DNA from: a virus
Virus record (IMG/VR): IMGVR_UViG_3300010271_000003
Direction: 5' to 3' (one strand)
Length of the DNA stretch: 42,264 bases
Shown: positions 40,603 to 42,264 of the stretch, one piece after another
Layout of the letters: each line of letters begins with the position of its first letter
Numbering within the stretch: position 1 is the stretch's first letter
The notes under the pieces: generated by a model
The model's database searches: none
The model's input: the letters and a program-made list of their open reading frames with translations, nothing else
What the model was told of the DNA's origin: nothing
Translations under genes and position numbers: made by a program

Positions 40603-40995
40603 GTGGCAAAGAGAGCACTGGGAACAACGCTGAAAATCGGAAATATCACAGTAGGTAATCTGACGTCTATCAGCGGCGTCGAGCTGTCGGCAGATACGAT
40701 CGACGTAACGACTCTCGATGATACTGATGGGTATAGAGAGTATATTGCCGGCCTTGTTGATGGCGGTGAAGTATCAGCGGAAGGTTACCTGAGTGATAAC
40801 GGCACAAACGAATCGTCCATCATTGCGCTGGTCGGCGGGGCAGAGCAGGAGTGCGAGATCGCATTCCCGAACGGTGCAAAATGGGAGTTTGAAGGTATAG
40901 TGACTGGCTTCAGCACGAATACAAGCCTGGAAGATCCGTTGTCGTTCTCTATCACGGTCAAAGTCACCGGCAAACCGACATTTACTGAAGGCTAA
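40603..40995 (+). CDS. Major tail protein
   Basis: GTG lies 9 nt after GAGGAGG. The protein is 130 aa and Gly/Thr/Ser-rich (GTTLKIGNITVGNLTSISGVELSADTIDVTTLDD). It directly precedes the chaperone pair. Confidence 0.8.
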   Translation: MAKRALGTTLKIGNITVGNLTSISGVELSADTIDVTTLDDTDGYREYIAGLVDGGEVSAEGYLSDNGTNESSIIALVGGAEQECEIAFPNGAKWEFEGIVTGFSTNTSLEDPLSFSITVKVTGKPTFTEG

Positions 40996-41014
40996 GAGCA
41001 ATCTTAGCCTTTTT
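40990..41014 (+). terminator. Rho-independent (probably partial) terminator after the major tail gene
   Basis: ggctaaga-gcaa-tcttagcc forms an 8-bp stem followed by T5. Confidence 0.6.
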
Positions 41015-41038
41015 CCTATCTTTATGGAGGTGTGATTT

Positions 41039-41338
41039 ATGAGCTTCTATCCTATTCAGCTCGACAAAAGCAGAAATCTCAGATATGGCATGAAAGCCCT
41101 GTCGCTGGTCGAGAAAAAACTCGGGAAACCGGTTGCAAAAATTGACATGAACAATCTAACAATGGAAGATGCAGCTATAATGATATGGGCTGGACTGGTA
41201 CATGAGGATCCGGATTTGACACCGGAAAAGGTAATGGACCTCGTTGATGAGTATTCAGATATTCAGACAGTGTTCGAGGCAATGGGAAAGGCATTCGAGG
41301 CCACATTTGGGGCTGATAAGAAGGGAAAAAACAAGTAG
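41039..41338 (+). CDS. Tail assembly chaperone (gpG-like, zero-frame product)
   Basis: ATG follows GGAGGTG. It lies between the major tail and tape measure genes and ends just after a slippery sequence. Confidence 0.8.
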   Translation: MSFYPIQLDKSRNLRYGMKALSLVEKKLGKPVAKIDMNNLTMEDAAIMIWAGLVHEDPDLTPEKVMDLVDEYSDIQTVFEAMGKAFEATFGADKKGKNK

Positions 41339-41688
41339 AGGGTGGCGGACAGGAGTTTACCATCGAGGGAGCCCTGGAAAGCGCCACCCTCATTGGCATA
41401 TCTGCAATTGAGTTTTGGGAAATGACGCCCTATGAGTTATCGCTCAAAATCAGGGCGTTTAAGGAAAATAGAATTGAAAACCTCAAAGATCAGATCACGA
41501 TTGCATATCTCAATTCTCTGTGGACAATACAGTGGCTTGGCAAACACAATCGGCCGCGGCCACTGAAAGAGATACTGAGCATGATAGGCAAAGAAAAACG
41601 GGAAATGACCGATGAACAAATGCTGGAACAGGTCAAGGTTCTCAATGCACTATTTGGCGGGGAGGTGAAAAAGCGTGGCTGGAAGTAA
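41039..41688 (+). CDS. Tail assembly chaperone, -1 frameshift fusion product (gpGT-like)
   Basis: The -1 frame is open from the slippery site (41323-41332) through ORF 41422..41688. There is no ribosome-binding site before ATG 41422. Confidence 0.65.
41323..41332 (+). promoter_or_regulatory. Programmed -1 ribosomal frameshift site G_GGA_AAA_AAC
   Basis: Two overlapping in-frame X_XXY_YYZ heptamers (GGGAAAA and AAAAAAC) lie 4-13 nt before the zero-frame stop. Confidence 0.7.
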
Positions 41689-42264
41689 TTTCATCGTTCG
41701 TGGCGGTGCAGATTTTTCGGGGATAACAAAGGCAGTCAAGCAAGCTCAGAATCAATTGCAGCAATTCCAAAACAAAATAAACGGCATAATGAAGGGCGTT
41801 GGCGCGGCTCTTGGCAGTCTGGCGGTAGGCAAACTTGTAAAAACTGTTGCAAAGACTGCAATAGAATATAATTCCATGCTCCAAACTGCACAGATTGGTT
41901 TCGCAACCATGCTTGGCAGCGCGGAAAAAGCACAGGCTTTTCTTGATGACATGGCCGATTTTGCGGCGAAAACACCGTTTGAATATCCAGAACTGCTTGA
42001 CGCAGCCAAGAAAATGCTGGCCTACGGATTCGCGGCGGAAAATGTTCTGCCTACGTTGCGGGCTGTCGGTGACGCAACGGCAGCCCTCGGCATGGGCGGT
42101 GAAGGTATAGATAGGGTCACGCTTGCCTTGGGCCAGATCTATGCAAAGGGTAAACTGTCCGGCGAAGAAATGAGACAGCTCACCGAGGCTGGAATCCCGG
42201 CATGGCATATGCTTGCTGAAGCGATGGGAACAACCGTTCCCGAACTCCAGAAGATGGTATCGAA
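41675..42264 (+). CDS. Tail tape measure protein, N-terminal part (continues at nt 61 through the circular junction; about 937 aa in total)
   Basis: GTG lies 7 nt after GGAGGTG. The N-terminus is MAGSNFIVRGGADFSG. The core is AKTPFEYPELLDAAKKMLAYGF...GKLSGEEMRQLTEAGIPAW. There is no stop before the window end, so it is absent from the ORF track. Confidence 0.9.
   Translation, partial: MAGSNFIVRGGADFSGITKAVKQAQNQLQQFQNKINGIMKGVGAALGSLAVGKLVKTVAKTAIEYNSMLQTAQIGFATMLGSAEKAQAFLDDMADFAAKTPFEYPELLDAAKKMLAYGFAAENVLPTLRAVGDATAALGMGGEGIDRVTLALGQIYAKGKLSGEEMRQLTEAGIPAWHMLAEAMGTTVPELQKMVS
42205..42264. repeat. Terminal overlap copy 2 (identical to nt 1-60)
   Basis: Perfect 60-nt identity with the start of the window. 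Confidence 0.95.

Noticed and set aside
1-42264. Search by eye for CRISPR arrays, reverse transcriptase/DGR template-variable repeat pairs, transposases/IS ends, toxin-antitoxin pairs, DNA methyltransferases and complete tRNA genes
   Set aside because: I found none. The only regularly spaced repeats are the origin iterons, the TGTCCG promoter array, the operators and the att arm repeats. No ORF shows RT (YxDD), DDE or methyltransferase motifs.

Overview
The window is a complete, circularly closed genome of a temperate siphovirus-type tailed phage. Nt 1-60 are identical to nt 42205-42264, so the unique length is about 42.2 kb. The host is probably a Gram-positive (Bacillota/Clostridia-like) bacterium. 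That is an inference from strong GGAGG ribosome-binding sites, an ImmR/ImmA/Int-type lysogeny operon and BhlA/LC3-type lysis proteins. Gene order from nt 1: tape measure protein C-terminal part (the gene spans the window junction), distal tail and two tail-fibre genes (2.3-7.9 kb), and a lysis cassette (8.1-9.5 kb). Next come a minus-strand accessory membrane gene, an attP region carrying a 50-nt tRNA-Thr(GGU) 3-prime fragment, then integrase, ImmA-like protease and XRE repressor on the minus strand (10.6-13.0 kb). A divergent operator region precedes a long plus-strand early operon (13.2-31.5 kb). That operon holds Cro-like and Xis-like proteins, GIY-YIG, PcfK/PcfJ-like, DUF3102-like and 3D-domain proteins, a fused SbcD-SbcC nuclease/ATPase, a resolvase, an SF2 helicase, SSB, a primase-helicase, an iteron origin and a sigma-region-4-like regulator. 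A terminator-rich regulatory zone (31.5-32.3 kb) contains a promoter built from 11-bp-phased TGTCCG repeats. The late operon follows: TM2 protein, HNH, terS, terL, portal, ClpP-like protease, HK97-type capsid, connectors, major tail protein, frameshifted tail chaperones and the tape measure N-terminus. I found no rRNA, complete tRNA, CRISPR array, transposase or reverse transcriptase. All family assignments were made by eye from motifs and gene order, and no database search was possible. The observations most worth follow-up are listed here. (1) The phased-repeat promoter with a promoter-proximal terminator at the early/late boundary. (2) A tail gene apparently split by a tail-fibre cassette with a duplicated junction. 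(3) A single-polypeptide SbcD-SbcC fusion. (4) A repressor gene interrupted at an A6 tract. (5) An iteron-type origin. I cannot claim a clearly novel multi-gene system from sequence alone.
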